64,000 nt of DNA. Source: Vicinamibacteria bacterium. Its GTDB lineage: Bacteria; Acidobacteriota; Vicinamibacteria; Marinacidobacterales; Marinacidobacteraceae. Positions 29,797 through 40,490 of the stretch are shown piece after piece; the first letter of the stretch is position 1; each line of letters begins with the position of its first letter. The position numbers and the translations under genes were made by a program. The stretch is from positions 2,016,001 through 2,080,000 of the forward strand of contig OZ219816.1 in NCBI GenBank assembly GCA_964291235.2. Reading direction: 5' to 3'. The notes beneath the pieces were generated by a model. That model searched no databases and had not been told where the DNA came from. It was given only the letters and a program-made list of their open reading frames with translations.

Positions 29797-30560
29797 GCGA
29801 GGTGCGGTCTCAGGTGGTGTTCCCGATGCATCGACAACCCGAAAGAGAACCAGTAAGCCAAACGGCCGAAGTAGTTGTGGGACCGGGCCGCGGGATCGCC
29901 GGTGGAGTACCCCTCATGGGTGAGATGGGCGAAGGGAATCCAGAGCACGAGCGATACCAGCACGCAGACCGGCAAGACCCCGGACACCAACCGCCAGGGG
30001 CCGACCAGCGCGGCGACCGGAAGATAGCAGGCCGCGATCGCCAGGTAGTTCCACACGAGATCGCGCGCATGGCCCCTTGGGAGGCCGCCGTGTCGCCGAA
30101 TCCAGAAGAACCATTGGTGCGGCATCGCGAGTGCCCGAAACGGGAGTTGCCAGCGGTGGGGCGTGTCCAGGAATAGATCCGGATCCTTCCCCGGCTGGTT
30201 GGTGTACTGGTGGTGCTGGAGGTGGGTGCCCCGGAAATTCGTGAAGGGAACCAGGCACGGCACGAGGGCCAGGCGGCCCCAGAAGGTGTTGGCCCGGCGC
30301 GTCCCGCCGAGAAGGCCGTGAACGCCTTCATGGGCCATCACCGTGCCGACGAAGGCGAGCCAGGTGCGGAAGAGCAGGTCCGCAGTCCAGCCCCACCAGG
30401 TGGTGGGAACCACGAGCAGCCCGGCAAAACTCAGCGTCATCAGCGAGAGAATTACCGTCCGGCTCAAAAGGTGCACCCGGCGAACCCGCCAGCGGCGGAG
30501 CGGCGCCGCAGTGGCGGGAGAATGGGCGCCGGGAACTGCGCGGTAGCGGTCTTCCGTCAC
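29700..30560 (-). CDS. Membrane fatty acid desaturase family protein
   Basis: His boxes HEGVH, HLQHH, HREHH; TM segments; AAGGA RBS before GTG. Confidence 0.9.
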   Translation of the reverse strand: MTEDRYRAVPGAHSPATAAPLRRWRVRRVHLLSRTVILSLMTLSFAGLLVVPTTWWGWTADLLFRTWLAFVGTVMAHEGVHGLLGGTRRANTFWGRLALVPCLVPFTNFRGTHLQHHQYTNQPGKDPDLFLDTPHRWQLPFRALAMPHQWFFWIRRHGGLPRGHARDLVWNYLAIAACYLPVAALVGPWRLVSGVLPVCVLVSLVLWIPFAHLTHEGYSTGDPAARSHNYFGRLAYWFSFGLSMHREHHLRPHLAWIELHQLVERDPDRRWIPRRDIWRETPSEAA

Positions 30561-30676
30561 GGCCGTTCCTTACAACTTGTCCGGTCTTCACTCTAGCATT
30601 CGCCGTACCGCGAGATGGTCGGCCGGCAGGCCGCGCGTCAGCGGCCCAATTCCCGGAAGAAGGAGGGAAGCGCTCC

Positions 30677-33600
30677 ATGCCCCCAGCCACCTGTGACAAC
30701 GGCTATTTCCCCGCGGCAACCCGGCTCTCCCGGCGCCGCAAATCCACGGCGTGGCTCACGGCGGCAATCCTGGTGGCCGGCAGTCTCGCGGCTGGCCAGA
30801 CCGCCGACTCGGATTCCGGATCGGTCGCCACCGCAATCGGGGGTCTGAAGCTCCGCGGCATTGGCCCGGCCCTCATGGGCGGCCGCATCGCCGACATCGC
30901 GGTGCATCCGGAGCGGCGGTCCACCTGGTACGTCGTGGTGGGTTCCGGCGGGCTCTGGAAGACCGAAAACGGTGGCACCACCTGGAAACCGATCTTCGAC
31001 GAGTATCCGTCCTATTCCATCGGGACGGTGGCGCTCGACCCGTCGAACCCGGAGGTCGTATGGCTCGGCACCGGAGAGAACGTGAGCGGCCGCCACGTCG
31101 GCTGGGGCGACGGGGTGTACCGCAGCCGGGACGGTGGCGCCTCGTGGGACCAGGTCGGCCTGGCCGGTTCGCAGCACATCGGCAAGATCCTGGTGGATCC
31201 GCGCGACAGCGACACGGTGCTGGTGGCCGCCGAGGGACCGCTGTGGAACGGTGGGGGCGAGCGGGGCGTGTACCGGACCGAGGACGGAGGCACTACCTGG
31301 ACGCAGACGCTCGACCTCGGCCCCGATACGGGAACGACCGACCTGGAATTCGCGCCGGACGACCCGGACACCGTTTACGCCGCGGCCTACCAGCGGCGCC
31401 GGCACGTCTGGTCGTTCCTCGCTGGCGGCCCCGGTTCCGGAATCCACAAATCCGACGACGGCGGCCGCACCTTCCGGAAGATCACGACCGGCCTCCCCAA
31501 GGGAGACATCGGGAAGATCGGGCTCGCGGTGACGCCCGCCGACCCGCGCCTCGTCTACGCGACGATCGAGGCCGACGAGGAGGAACGGGGCTTTTACCGC
31601 TCGACCGACCGGGGCGAGAGCTTCGAACGCCGCAACCCGTACATCTCGGGTGGCACCGGGCCGCACTATTACCAGGAGATCGAGGCGTCCCCCACCGATC
31701 CGGACCTCGTTTACCAGATGGACGTCTTCTTCCACGTCACCCGGGACGGGGGCAAGACCTTCGACTATCTCGGCACCGGGCGCGAAAAGCACAGCGACAA
31801 CCACGCCCTCTGGATCGACCCCGATGACCCCGGCCACCTGCTCGGCGGCACGGACTCGGGGCTCTACGAGACCTACGACGAGGGCGTGACCTGGCGCCAC
31901 TTCCCGAACATGCCGGTCTCGCAGTTCTACAAAGTGGCCCTCAGCAACGCCGAACCGTTCTACGACGTGCTCGGGGGGGCGCAGGACCTCGGCACCGTGC
32001 ACGGTCCCTCCCGGACGCTGAACATGGAGGGGGTGCGGAACCGCGACTGGTACGTGCCGCTCGGAGCGGACGGCTACGGGGTGGACATCGACCCGCGCGA
32101 CCCGGACATCATGTACCTGATGACCCAGCAGGGGAACCTCTACCGGGCCGACCGGTCGAGCGATGAGGTGCTGCACATCGGACCGGTTGCCGCCTCCGGC
32201 GAGGCGCCCGAGCGCTGGAACTGGGACTCCCCCATCTTCATCAGCCCGCACAACGCCGACCGCCTGTATTTCGGTTCGCAGCGGGTGTGGCGCAGCGAGG
32301 ACCGCGGCCAGTCCTGGACCGCGATCAGCGGTGACCTGACCACCGGCCGGAACCGCTACGAACTCCCCTTCTACGACCGGATCTGGAGCGTGGACGCGCT
32401 CCACGACACGAACGCCATGTCGCGCTACGCGACGCTGACCGCGATGACCGAATCACCGGTGGCCGAGGGCGTGCTCTTCGCGGCGAGCGACGACGGACTC
32501 GTCCACTCGAGCACGGACGGCGGCGTCAACTGGACGCGCACCGCGGCACTTCCCGACCTCCCCGCACTTTCCTTCGTAAACGACATCGAGGCCTCCCAAC
32601 ACGACGCGGACACGGTGTTCGTGGCGGCCGACAACCACAAGATGGGAGACTTCCGGACGTATCTCTTCCGGAGCCGCGACCGCGGCGCTTCCTGGGAGTC
32701 CATCGCGGGCGATTTGCCGGACGGCACCATCGTCTGGGCCATCCAGCAGGACCACCAGGAGCCGGACCTCCTGTTCCTGGGGGCGGAGTTCGGGCTCCAC
32801 ATCTCCTGGAACGGCGGGACGAACTGGGTGAAGCTGAAGGGCGCCCCCACGATCTCGTTCCGCGATGTGAAGGTGCAGCGCCGGGACGACGACCTGGTAG
32901 GGGCGACGTTCGGCCGGGGGTTCTACGTGCTGGACGACTTCACCCCGCTGCGGACCATGGCCGCGGCGGTCCGGTCCGGCGACTCGGTGCTCTTTCCGCT
33001 CCGCGACGCGTGGTGGTACGTGCCCTCGGTGCCGGCCCAGGCCCCCGGCCGTCCCACCCAGGGCAGCACCGCGTTCGTTGCCGACAATCCGCCGTTCGGT
33101 GCGGTCTTCACTTACTACCTCGCCGAGGACCTGAAGACAGCGCAGCAGGAGCGGCGCGATACCGAGAAGGGAACCCGCGAGGAGGGGGGTGACATCGCCT
33201 TTCCCGGGTTCGATACCTTGCGGATCGAGGAGCTGGAGGCGGACCCGGCGATATTCGTGGTGATCCGGGACGGGAATGGGCAGCCGGTGCGGCGCGTCGC
33301 CGGGCCGGCGAAAAAGGGCGTCCACCGGGTGGCGTGGGATCTTCGCGGCCCGGCCCCGAATCCCGTAAATCTGGCGACTCCGGGCTTCTCACCTCCCTGG
33401 GTCCGGCCGCCCCTGGGACCGCTGGCGGCGCCCGGCGAGTACACCGCGCAACTCGTCGCGGTCACTCGCGACGGGGCCCGCAGCCTCGGCGAACCACAAC
33501 GCTTCGGGGTGAAGCCGGTGCCGAACCTGCCCGAGGGGGTGGATCCGGCAGCGGTGGCGGCCTTCCAGCAGGAGACCGCGGCGTTGCTCCGCCGGGTCCA

Positions 33601-34012
33601 CGGCGCGGCGGCCGAGGCCGGCCGGGTCCGCGAGCGGCTCCGCCACCTGCGGGCGGCCCTGAACGAAACCCCGCGCGCCGAGGAGGCGCTCTGCGGGCGG
33701 ATGGACACGATCCTGCGGACGCTTTCGGACCTTGAAGTCCGGCTCAACGGCGACCCGGCGCGCCAGTCGCGGAACCATCCGGCGGCGCCCTCCATCCGGG
33801 GCCGCGTTAGGGGCATCGCGAGTGGCCACTGGGAGAGCCGGCAGACGCCCACCGAGACCCAGCGCGCGAGCCTTCGCATCGCCGCCGGGGAGTTCGAAAC
33901 GCTCCAGGGCGAGCTGCGGACGCTGGTGGACCAGGATCTCGGCCAGCTCGAAGCGGACCTCGAGGCGGCGGGCGCCCCCTGGACGCCGGGGAGGAAGATC
34001 CCGGGGCGGTAG
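30677..34012 (+). CDS. Secreted BNR/Asp-box (sortilin/VPS10-like) glycosyl hydrolase-like protein
   Basis: IGPALMGGRIAD, many SxDGGxTW repeats, GGAQD, RWNWDSP, GATFGRG; helical C-terminus. Confidence 0.88.
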   Translation: MPPATCDNGYFPAATRLSRRRKSTAWLTAAILVAGSLAAGQTADSDSGSVATAIGGLKLRGIGPALMGGRIADIAVHPERRSTWYVVVGSGGLWKTENGGTTWKPIFDEYPSYSIGTVALDPSNPEVVWLGTGENVSGRHVGWGDGVYRSRDGGASWDQVGLAGSQHIGKILVDPRDSDTVLVAAEGPLWNGGGERGVYRTEDGGTTWTQTLDLGPDTGTTDLEFAPDDPDTVYAAAYQRRRHVWSFLAGGPGSGIHKSDDGGRTFRKITTGLPKGDIGKIGLAVTPADPRLVYATIEADEEERGFYRSTDRGESFERRNPYISGGTGPHYYQEIEASPTDPDLVYQMDVFFHVTRDGGKTFDYLGTGREKHSDNHALWIDPDDPGHLLGGTDSGLYETYDEGVTWRHFPNMPVSQFYKVALSNAEPFYDVLGGAQDLGTVHGPSRTLNMEGVRNRDWYVPLGADGYGVDIDPRDPDIMYLMTQQGNLYRADRSSDEVLHIGPVAASGEAPERWNWDSPIFISPHNADRLYFGSQRVWRSEDRGQSWTAISGDLTTGRNRYELPFYDRIWSVDALHDTNAMSRYATLTAMTESPVAEGVLFAASDDGLVHSSTDGGVNWTRTAALPDLPALSFVNDIEASQHDADTVFVAADNHKMGDFRTYLFRSRDRGASWESIAGDLPDGTIVWAIQQDHQEPDLLFLGAEFGLHISWNGGTNWVKLKGAPTISFRDVKVQRRDDDLVGATFGRGFYVLDDFTPLRTMAAAVRSGDSVLFPLRDAWWYVPSVPAQAPGRPTQGSTAFVADNPPFGAVFTYYLAEDLKTAQQERRDTEKGTREEGGDIAFPGFDTLRIEELEADPAIFVVIRDGNGQPVRRVAGPAKKGVHRVAWDLRGPAPNPVNLATPGFSPPWVRPPLGPLAAPGEYTAQLVAVTRDGARSLGEPQRFGVKPVPNLPEGVDPAAVAAFQQETAALLRRVHGAAAEAGRVRERLRHLRAALNETPRAEEALCGRMDTILRTLSDLEVRLNGDPARQSRNHPAAPSIRGRVRGIASGHWESRQTPTETQRASLRIAAGEFETLQGELRTLVDQDLGQLEADLEAAGAPWTPGRKIPGR

Positions 34013-34025
34013 GCGCCGAGCCGCG

Positions 34026-34751
34026 CTACCGCACCGTCCGCGAGTACCACCCGCTCCACACCCTCTTCCGCCGCCGGAACATCCACAGGAAGAGCGGGTT
34101 CGTCCAGATCAGGATCTTCCACAGGGGCCACGTATCGAAGCGGCGCGTGGAAGGCCGGACGCGCGGCTTCCGGATTCGCCGGATCCGCCGGCCGGTCTTC
34201 CGGCCGAGTCTCCCGAGACGCCAGATGAAGTCGACGTCCTCCCCGATCCAGTTCCGTTCGTCGTATCCCTCGACCTGATCGAAGGCGTCCCGGCGAGCAA
34301 ACTGCGCCGCACCCACCACCATCCCGGTACCCCGGACCAGGAAGCGCCACGCGTTCAAGTGGAGCCTTACCAGGAATCGCCGGGCCCGCCACTCCGTCTC
34401 CACTCCTCCGCCGATGCAGTGCGCATCGCCCATCGCCTCGCGGATGGCACTCAGGAACTCCGGCGGGACGACGACGTCCGCATCCACGAAGACCAACACG
34501 TCACCCTTCGCCCGCTGGGCGCCCGCGTTCCGGGCCCGGGCGATGCTCCGCACCGGCTCGTAGACCACCGTCGCCCCCCGTTGGCGCGCAAGCGAAGCGG
34601 TCCCGTCGCGGCTGTCGTTGTCCACGACGATCGTCTCGACGTCCACGCCGGCCCGGGAGCGCAGCACGTCAGCCGCGGCCCGGAGCGCATCCAGTGTCGC
34701 GCCCAGGTAGGCCTCTTCGTTGAAGGCGGGAACGACGACGGAGAGCCTCAT
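34026..34751 (-). CDS. Glycosyltransferase family 2
   Basis: SVVVPAFNEE, VVDNDSRDGT, ARNAGA, FVDAD, GEDVD. Confidence 0.92.
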   Translation of the reverse strand: MRLSVVVPAFNEEAYLGATLDALRAAADVLRSRAGVDVETIVVDNDSRDGTASLARQRGATVVYEPVRSIARARNAGAQRAKGDVLVFVDADVVVPPEFLSAIREAMGDAHCIGGGVETEWRARRFLVRLHLNAWRFLVRGTGMVVGAAQFARRDAFDQVEGYDERNWIGEDVDFIWRLGRLGRKTGRRIRRIRKPRVRPSTRRFDTWPLWKILIWTNPLFLWMFRRRKRVWSGWYSRTVR

Positions 34752-34791
34752 TCCGCCCGGATCGGTTCCCTCCGGTCGGGACGCTCCACCC

Positions 34792-36552
34792 TCAACGCTG
34801 GTCCGCGATCCAGCGGCGGATGACGGTGTCCAGCACCGGCAGCGTCACCGGGCCGTTCAGCAGCACCGCGTCATGGAAGGCGCGAATGTCGAAGGCGTCG
34901 CCGAGTTCGGTCTCGGCAAGGGCGCGCAGTTCCCGGATCTTGAGTTCCCCCATCTTGTAGCCGAGGGCCTGGCCCGGCCAGGCGATGTAGCGGTCTGTTT
35001 CGGTGGTGATCTCGTGGATGGAGAGCGCGGTGTTGGCGGCGAGGTAGTCGAGGGTCTGCTGGCGGGTCCAGCCGAGCGCGTGCATCCCGGTGTCCACCAC
35101 CAGGCGGCACGCCCGCCACATCTCGTAGGTCAACCGCCCGAAATTGTTGTAGGGATCCTCGTAGAAGCCGACCTCGAGGCCGAGCCGCTCCGAATACAGC
35201 CCCCACCCCTCGCCGTAGGCGCCGATCCCGTAGTAGCGGCGGAACTCGGGCAGGTCGAGTTCCTTGGCGAGGGCGTTTTGCAGGTGGTGCCCCGGAACGG
35301 CCTCATGGAGCGACAGCGACTCCAGCGTGTAGAGCGGCCGGCTGTCGAGCTGATAGGTGTTCACCCAGTAGCGGCCCGGTTGGGTCGACGTGAGCGCTGC
35401 CCCGACGTAGCGTCCGCCCGTGTACTTCGGGGCGATGGCGTCCGGGACCGGCTCCACGGTGTAGGGCTGTCGCGGTAGCCGGCCGAAGAGTTGCGGCAGG
35501 GCGCCGTCCATTCGCTTCACGATCCACATCGCCTCCCGGAGCAACGCCTCCGGGGTGTCCACGTAGAAACGGGAGTCGGTTCGCAGGAACTCGAGGAACT
35601 CCGCGAAGGTGCCTTCGAAGCCGGTGGCCGCCATCGCCTCGTCCATCTCCGCCCGGATTCGTTCCACTTCCCCGAGTCCGACCTGGTGGATCTCCTCGGC
35701 GGTCCGGTCGAGGGTGGTGAAGCGACCAATCAGGAACGCGTAGTACTCGCGCCCGTTCGGAAGTTCCGAAGCTCCGATGGTGGTCCGCGCGGCGGGCCGG
35801 TACTCGTTCTCGAAGAAGTCGAGAAAGGTCCGGTAGGCCGCCACGGCGCCGACGAGGATCGCTGCCGAGCCGCTTTCGCGCAGCCGGGCCCGCTCTGCCT
35901 CGGGAATCCGCTCTGGAAAGGAGGCGAAGGGAGCGTAGAAGACGCTCGCCTCGGGATCTTCGAGGACGTGGCTGGCGATCGTGACCTCGTAGCCCTCGAG
36001 CACCACGCGGGGCACGGTCATTCCGAGTTCCATTCCGCGCCGCATGAGCGCAATGTGCTCGTCGAAGTAGCGGGGGACATCCCCGAGGAGCGCGATGTAA
36101 GCCTCGTAGTCGGCCACCGTGCGCAGCGGCAGCGAGTTCGGAAGCCGGGCCATCCCGATGTGGAACCCCGAGTCGGCGTTGATCGGGAGGAAATGGCCAC
36201 CGAAGCGCACATCGCCGATCCGCTCGGCGAGCATCGCCTCGAAGATGTCCCGGTGGACGAGATCCTGATCCGAGAGCCTTTCGCGGGGAATTTCCAGCAG
36301 CCGGTCCCGGAAACCGCTCATCGCGTCCGCCCGCCGCTCGATGTCCCGCTCGGTCGTGGAGCCGAGCGTGGTGGGGGAGACACCTTCGAGCGAGGCCGCA
36401 AAGCGGGGCTCTTCCTGCCGCCGGAATTCCATGAACTCGTCGAAGAGCGCGTGCAGTTCGGCGTCCTGCGCCGCTGCCGGGACGGGAGCGAGGGAGGCGG
36501 CGACAAGCGGGATAAGGATTGCGAGCGTGGTGCGAAGGGGGATGGAGGTCAC
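34792..36552 (-). CDS. DUF885 family secreted protein (putative metallopeptidase)
   Basis: HEAVPGHHLQ, EGWGLYSE, WRACRLVVDTGMH, WPGQALGYK; start at GTG 36552 inferred. Confidence 0.92.
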   Translation of the reverse strand: MTSIPLRTTLAILIPLVAASLAPVPAAAQDAELHALFDEFMEFRRQEEPRFAASLEGVSPTTLGSTTERDIERRADAMSGFRDRLLEIPRERLSDQDLVHRDIFEAMLAERIGDVRFGGHFLPINADSGFHIGMARLPNSLPLRTVADYEAYIALLGDVPRYFDEHIALMRRGMELGMTVPRVVLEGYEVTIASHVLEDPEASVFYAPFASFPERIPEAERARLRESGSAAILVGAVAAYRTFLDFFENEYRPAARTTIGASELPNGREYYAFLIGRFTTLDRTAEEIHQVGLGEVERIRAEMDEAMAATGFEGTFAEFLEFLRTDSRFYVDTPEALLREAMWIVKRMDGALPQLFGRLPRQPYTVEPVPDAIAPKYTGGRYVGAALTSTQPGRYWVNTYQLDSRPLYTLESLSLHEAVPGHHLQNALAKELDLPEFRRYYGIGAYGEGWGLYSERLGLEVGFYEDPYNNFGRLTYEMWRACRLVVDTGMHALGWTRQQTLDYLAANTALSIHEITTETDRYIAWPGQALGYKMGELKIRELRALAETELGDAFDIRAFHDAVLLNGPVTLPVLDTVIRRWIADQR

Positions 36553-36614
36553 GGCGGCGATGCTACCGAAGCGAAACGCACCGCCCCGATACACTGGCGA
36601 ATCGAGGTGGCGTG

Positions 36615-38309
36615 ATGAGCAGGACCAACAGGAACGAACACGCTCGCAGGCGGTTCCTCGCCTACTTCTCGGGCACCGGGCTGGGCGCGACGCTCCTGCC
36701 GGGCGTGCTCTGGGCCCGCGTGCAGGAGGAGGGGCCCGAGGGCCTGACCGTCGGCATGATGAAGGAGGCCGCGGCCCTCGCCGGGCTCGACTTCACCGAC
36801 GAGGAATACGACTTGATGGTGGACGAGGTGAAGAAGAACTTCGGCCACTACCAGGACATGCGGCAGCGGCGCATCGACAACTCCGTTCCACATCCCCTGT
36901 ACTTCAACCCCGCCGTTCCCGGGATGACGTTCGACCGCTTCGAGCGGGAAATGCGACAGGGAACGGGGCCCGAGGTGTCGCGCCCCGCGGATCTGGAGGA
37001 GGTCGCGTTCTGGCCGATGACCTACCTGGCGCGGCTCATCGAAACGCGCCAGGTCAGCTCGCTCGAACTGACCGAGATGTACCTCGGCAGACTGGAGCGG
37101 TTGAATCGGGTCCTCAACTGCGTCGTGACCCTCACCCCGGACCGGGCGCGCCAGCAGGCGGAGGCGGCGGACGAGGAGATCGCGGCCGGCAGCTACCGGG
37201 GCCCGCTGCACGGGATCCCCTGGGGCGCCAAGGACATCATCGCGGTGCGCGGCTACCGCACCACCTGGGGCGTCGGCGCCTTCGAGAACCAGGTCATCGA
37301 CGTGGACGCCGCCGTCGTGGAGCGCCTCGATGCCGCGGGCGCGGTGCTGGTCGCCAAGCTCACCACCGGCGAGCTTGCTTTCGGCCACAACTGGTTCGGC
37401 GGGCGCACGAACAACCCGTGGAACCCGGAGGAAGGCTCCAGCGGATCGTCCGCGGGTTCGGGATCGGCGGCCGGTGGCGGCCTGGTGGGATTCGCCATCG
37501 GCACCGACACCGGCGGATCCATCCTCTCGCCCTCGATCCGCTGCGGCGTGGTCGGCCTCCGCCCGACGTTCGGCAGGGTCCCCCGCTCCGGGGTGATGGC
37601 CGCGGGGTTCTCGCTCGACAAGATCGGGCCCATGACGCGCGGCGTGGAGGACGGCGCGCTCATCCTGCACGCCATTGCCGGCCCCGACGGCCAGGACCTC
37701 GCCTGCGTCCAGGGGGTTCCCTTCAACTGGGACGGCGCGGCGTCCGCGAGCGGGCTGCGGATCGGCTATTTCGAGTCCGCGTTCGAGCAGCTCGAGTCGG
37801 AGAACGACCCCGAAAACCTCGAGCACGCCCGCCGAAGCCTCGACACCCTCCGTTCCCTCGGCTACGACCTGAAACCCGTCGAGATTCCCCGCGACCGGCT
37901 CATCTACTTCATCGAGTACGTCGAGCGCTCCACCGGGTTCGACGAGTTCAAGCGCAGCCGCCAGGACGTGAACCTGGTGCGGCAGGGGCACCGCGGCGAG
38001 CTGCGCGCCTCGCACCTGGTGCCGGCCGTCGACTGGCTGCAGGCCAACCGGATCCGCTACCTGTTCATGCAGGAGCTTGCCGGCATCATGGAGGGGCTCG
38101 ACGCCGTGGTGTCCCCCTGGCGCGCGATCAACGCGCTCACCAGCATGACCGGGAACCCGGTGGTGACGGTGCCGAACGGATTCGACCCGGACGGCACCCC
38201 GACCGGCATCGCTCTCCTGGGACAGGTCTATGGCGAGGAGCGGCTCCTGCTCCTCGCGAAGACGCTCCAGGACGCGACCGACTTCCACACCCGGCGTCCG
38301 AACCTGTAA
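36615..38309 (+). CDS. Amidase-signature family enzyme with Tat-like leader
   Basis: ARRRFL; GPLHGIPWGAKD, GSSGSSAGS, IGTDTGGSILSP. Confidence 0.92.
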   Translation: MSRTNRNEHARRRFLAYFSGTGLGATLLPGVLWARVQEEGPEGLTVGMMKEAAALAGLDFTDEEYDLMVDEVKKNFGHYQDMRQRRIDNSVPHPLYFNPAVPGMTFDRFEREMRQGTGPEVSRPADLEEVAFWPMTYLARLIETRQVSSLELTEMYLGRLERLNRVLNCVVTLTPDRARQQAEAADEEIAAGSYRGPLHGIPWGAKDIIAVRGYRTTWGVGAFENQVIDVDAAVVERLDAAGAVLVAKLTTGELAFGHNWFGGRTNNPWNPEEGSSGSSAGSGSAAGGGLVGFAIGTDTGGSILSPSIRCGVVGLRPTFGRVPRSGVMAAGFSLDKIGPMTRGVEDGALILHAIAGPDGQDLACVQGVPFNWDGAASASGLRIGYFESAFEQLESENDPENLEHARRSLDTLRSLGYDLKPVEIPRDRLIYFIEYVERSTGFDEFKRSRQDVNLVRQGHRGELRASHLVPAVDWLQANRIRYLFMQELAGIMEGLDAVVSPWRAINALTSMTGNPVVTVPNGFDPDGTPTGIALLGQVYGEERLLLLAKTLQDATDFHTRRPNL

Positions 38310-38323
38310 CGGCGAGTGGATTT

Positions 38324-39370
38324 GTGACCGGGGCCCGAGCGGCCGCCCTCGCGGTCCTGGTCGCCATCCCGCTGCCGGCCGCCGCCGGTCAGGCGCAGGA
38401 CCTGCCGGTGGTCAAGCTCTTCACCACCGGCGGGACGATCCAGAGCCTCGGCAAGGATCGCCTGAAGCTCGCGGAGTACCGCGAAGGGCGCATCGACGGC
38501 GACACGATCATCGAGGCCGTGCCCGAGACCTTACGCCTCGCGCGCATCGAGGTCGAGGCGATCTCGGCGGTCAGCAGCACCCGGATGGGCGCCGAACAGG
38601 GGCTGCCTCTCGCCCGCCAGCTCATGACCGAGCTGGAGCGGCCGGAGGTCGCCGGCGCGATCGTCACCCATGGCACCACCACCCTGGAGGAGACGGCCTT
38701 CTTCCTCCACCTCACCGTCAGGTCCACAAAGCCGGTGGTGGTCATCGGTTCCATGCGTCCCTGGACCGCGGTCAGCCGGGACGGCCCGCTCAACTTCCTG
38801 GGCGCGGTCCGCACCGTGCTCACCCCGGAGGCCAGCGGCAAGGGCGTCATGGTGTTGCTCAACGACACGATCCACTCGGCCCGCTTCGTGACCAAGCGGC
38901 ACACCTACCACATCGAGACGTTCGTCTCCCCCGATGTCGGCCCCCTCGGCTTCGCCGACTCCGACCGGGTGGTGTTCTATCGCTCGCCCCTCACCCGCCA
39001 CACCGCCGACACCGAGTTCGACCTCGACGGAATCGAGGAGCTGCCCCAGGTGGACGTCGTTTACGGATATCAGGAGGCCTCCCGCGCCCCCATCGACGCC
39101 CTGGTGAAGGAGGGCGCAAAGGGCATCATCCTGGCCGACGGTTCGCCGGCCTACCGGAACGCGGTGCTGGAGGCCCGGGCCGTGGGTGTGGTCGTGGTGC
39201 AGGGCAGCCGCAAGGGTTCCGGCCGCGTGGTGCTGAGCGATCGCACCGCGGCGCGGGGCGAGATCACCGCCGACAACCTCCACCCCCAGAAGGCGCGCAT
39301 CCTGCTTCGTCTCGCCCTCACCCGGACGACCGACGCGCGGGAGCTGCAGCGGATCTTCAATGAGTACTAA
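38324..39370 (+). CDS. Secreted L-asparaginase/glutaminase-like protein
   Basis: Signal peptide, TTGGTI, THGTTTLEETA, GSMRP, DGPLN, VTK, KARILL, IFNEY. Confidence 0.88.
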   Translation: MTGARAAALAVLVAIPLPAAAGQAQDLPVVKLFTTGGTIQSLGKDRLKLAEYREGRIDGDTIIEAVPETLRLARIEVEAISAVSSTRMGAEQGLPLARQLMTELERPEVAGAIVTHGTTTLEETAFFLHLTVRSTKPVVVIGSMRPWTAVSRDGPLNFLGAVRTVLTPEASGKGVMVLLNDTIHSARFVTKRHTYHIETFVSPDVGPLGFADSDRVVFYRSPLTRHTADTEFDLDGIEELPQVDVVYGYQEASRAPIDALVKEGAKGIILADGSPAYRNAVLEARAVGVVVVQGSRKGSGRVVLSDRTAARGEITADNLHPQKARILLRLALTRTTDARELQRIFNEY

Positions 39371-40463
39371 AGAGCGCGCGCAGGTCGCCGTCGCCTGCGG
39401 TATCGCGGCGCTTCTCGGAGCGGCCACCCTCGGCGCTCAGGAGATTCCCCCGCTGCCGCCACCGGGAATCGATCTGCCGCATGTCGTGCTGGTGTCGCTG
39501 GGCGGAGAGATCGCGACGAACTGTGACGACCGCCTCGAGCGGGCCGGGTGCGGGGAGGCCGGCGCGAGCATCGGTCCGGACACCTGGGTCCGGGACCTGC
39601 CCGACCTGCGGCTCGTCGCCCGGGTGACGACGGAGGATCTGCGGGCGCTTTCGCGGGGTGAGGGGCCCATGGCGGACCGTCGGCGCGCGGCGGCGGAGCG
39701 TCTGCAACAGCTCGCCGGCGATCCCGAGGTTGACGGCGTGGTGGTGGCGGACGGGACGGATCGGATCGCGGAGACGGCCTGGTTCATGAACCTGGTGCTG
39801 GACACCCGGAAGCCGATGGTCTTCGTCGGCGCCCAGCGTCCCTGGAGCGCGGTGAGCGGCGACGGCCCGCTGAACCTCTACGACGCCGTCCGGGTGGCCG
39901 CGGACCCGGCCGCCGGCGACAAGGGGGTGGTCGTCGTCCTCAACCAGGAGGTCCACGGAGCGCGCGACGTGAGGAGGACGAGCGCCTACCGCATGGACGG
40001 CTTCGGGAGCGTCGATCTCGGACTGATCGGGGTCGCAGACCCGGACATCGTCCGGTTCTTCCTCGAGCCGACCCGCCGGCACACCCACCGCTCGGAGTTC
40101 GATCTTGCGGCGCTCCCGGAATCGCTTCCCGCGGTGGAGATCGTGACGGCGTATCCGGACGCTCCGGGCGGCGTGATCGACGAGTTGGCGGCGGCGGGAA
40201 CGAGGGGCCTCGTGGTGGACGGAGCGGCCCGCCTGTCACCGGGCCAGCTTGAGGCGGTGCAGCGGGCCCGCGCGAGCGGAGTCGTCGTGGTGGCCACTTC
40301 ACCGGCGCGCGGCGGCCGGGTGCAGCAAACGGCGGCCCTCCGCGAATCCGGAATCATCCCGGGCGACAACCTGCCACCGGAAAAGGCGCGGGCACTGCTC
40401 CAACTCGCGCTGACCAAGAGCTCCGATCCAACGGGGATCGGGCGCTTCTTCGACGAGTACTAG
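39360..40463 (+). CDS. Second asparaginase-like protein with substituted catalytic residues
   Basis: SLGGEI, ADGTDRIAETA, GAQRP, DGPLNL, EKARALL, FFDEY. Confidence 0.82.
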   Translation: MSTKERAQVAVACGIAALLGAATLGAQEIPPLPPPGIDLPHVVLVSLGGEIATNCDDRLERAGCGEAGASIGPDTWVRDLPDLRLVARVTTEDLRALSRGEGPMADRRRAAAERLQQLAGDPEVDGVVVADGTDRIAETAWFMNLVLDTRKPMVFVGAQRPWSAVSGDGPLNLYDAVRVAADPAAGDKGVVVVLNQEVHGARDVRRTSAYRMDGFGSVDLGLIGVADPDIVRFFLEPTRRHTHRSEFDLAALPESLPAVEIVTAYPDAPGGVIDELAAAGTRGLVVDGAARLSPGQLEAVQRARASGVVVVATSPARGGRVQQTAALRESGIIPGDNLPPEKARALLQLALTKSSDPTGIGRFFDEY

Positions 40464-40490
40464 CGAGGAGCGGCCGGAACGCGCGGACCG

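Noticed and set aside
36341-39370. 1009-aa ORF suggesting a large asparaginase fusion
   Set aside because: The first ~660 codons are an off-frame shadow of the amidase and the DUF885 5' end; asparaginase features start near 38324
36615-40463. GatA/GatD tRNA amidotransferase interpretation
   Set aside because: No gatB/gatC/gatE nearby and the proteins carry export signals
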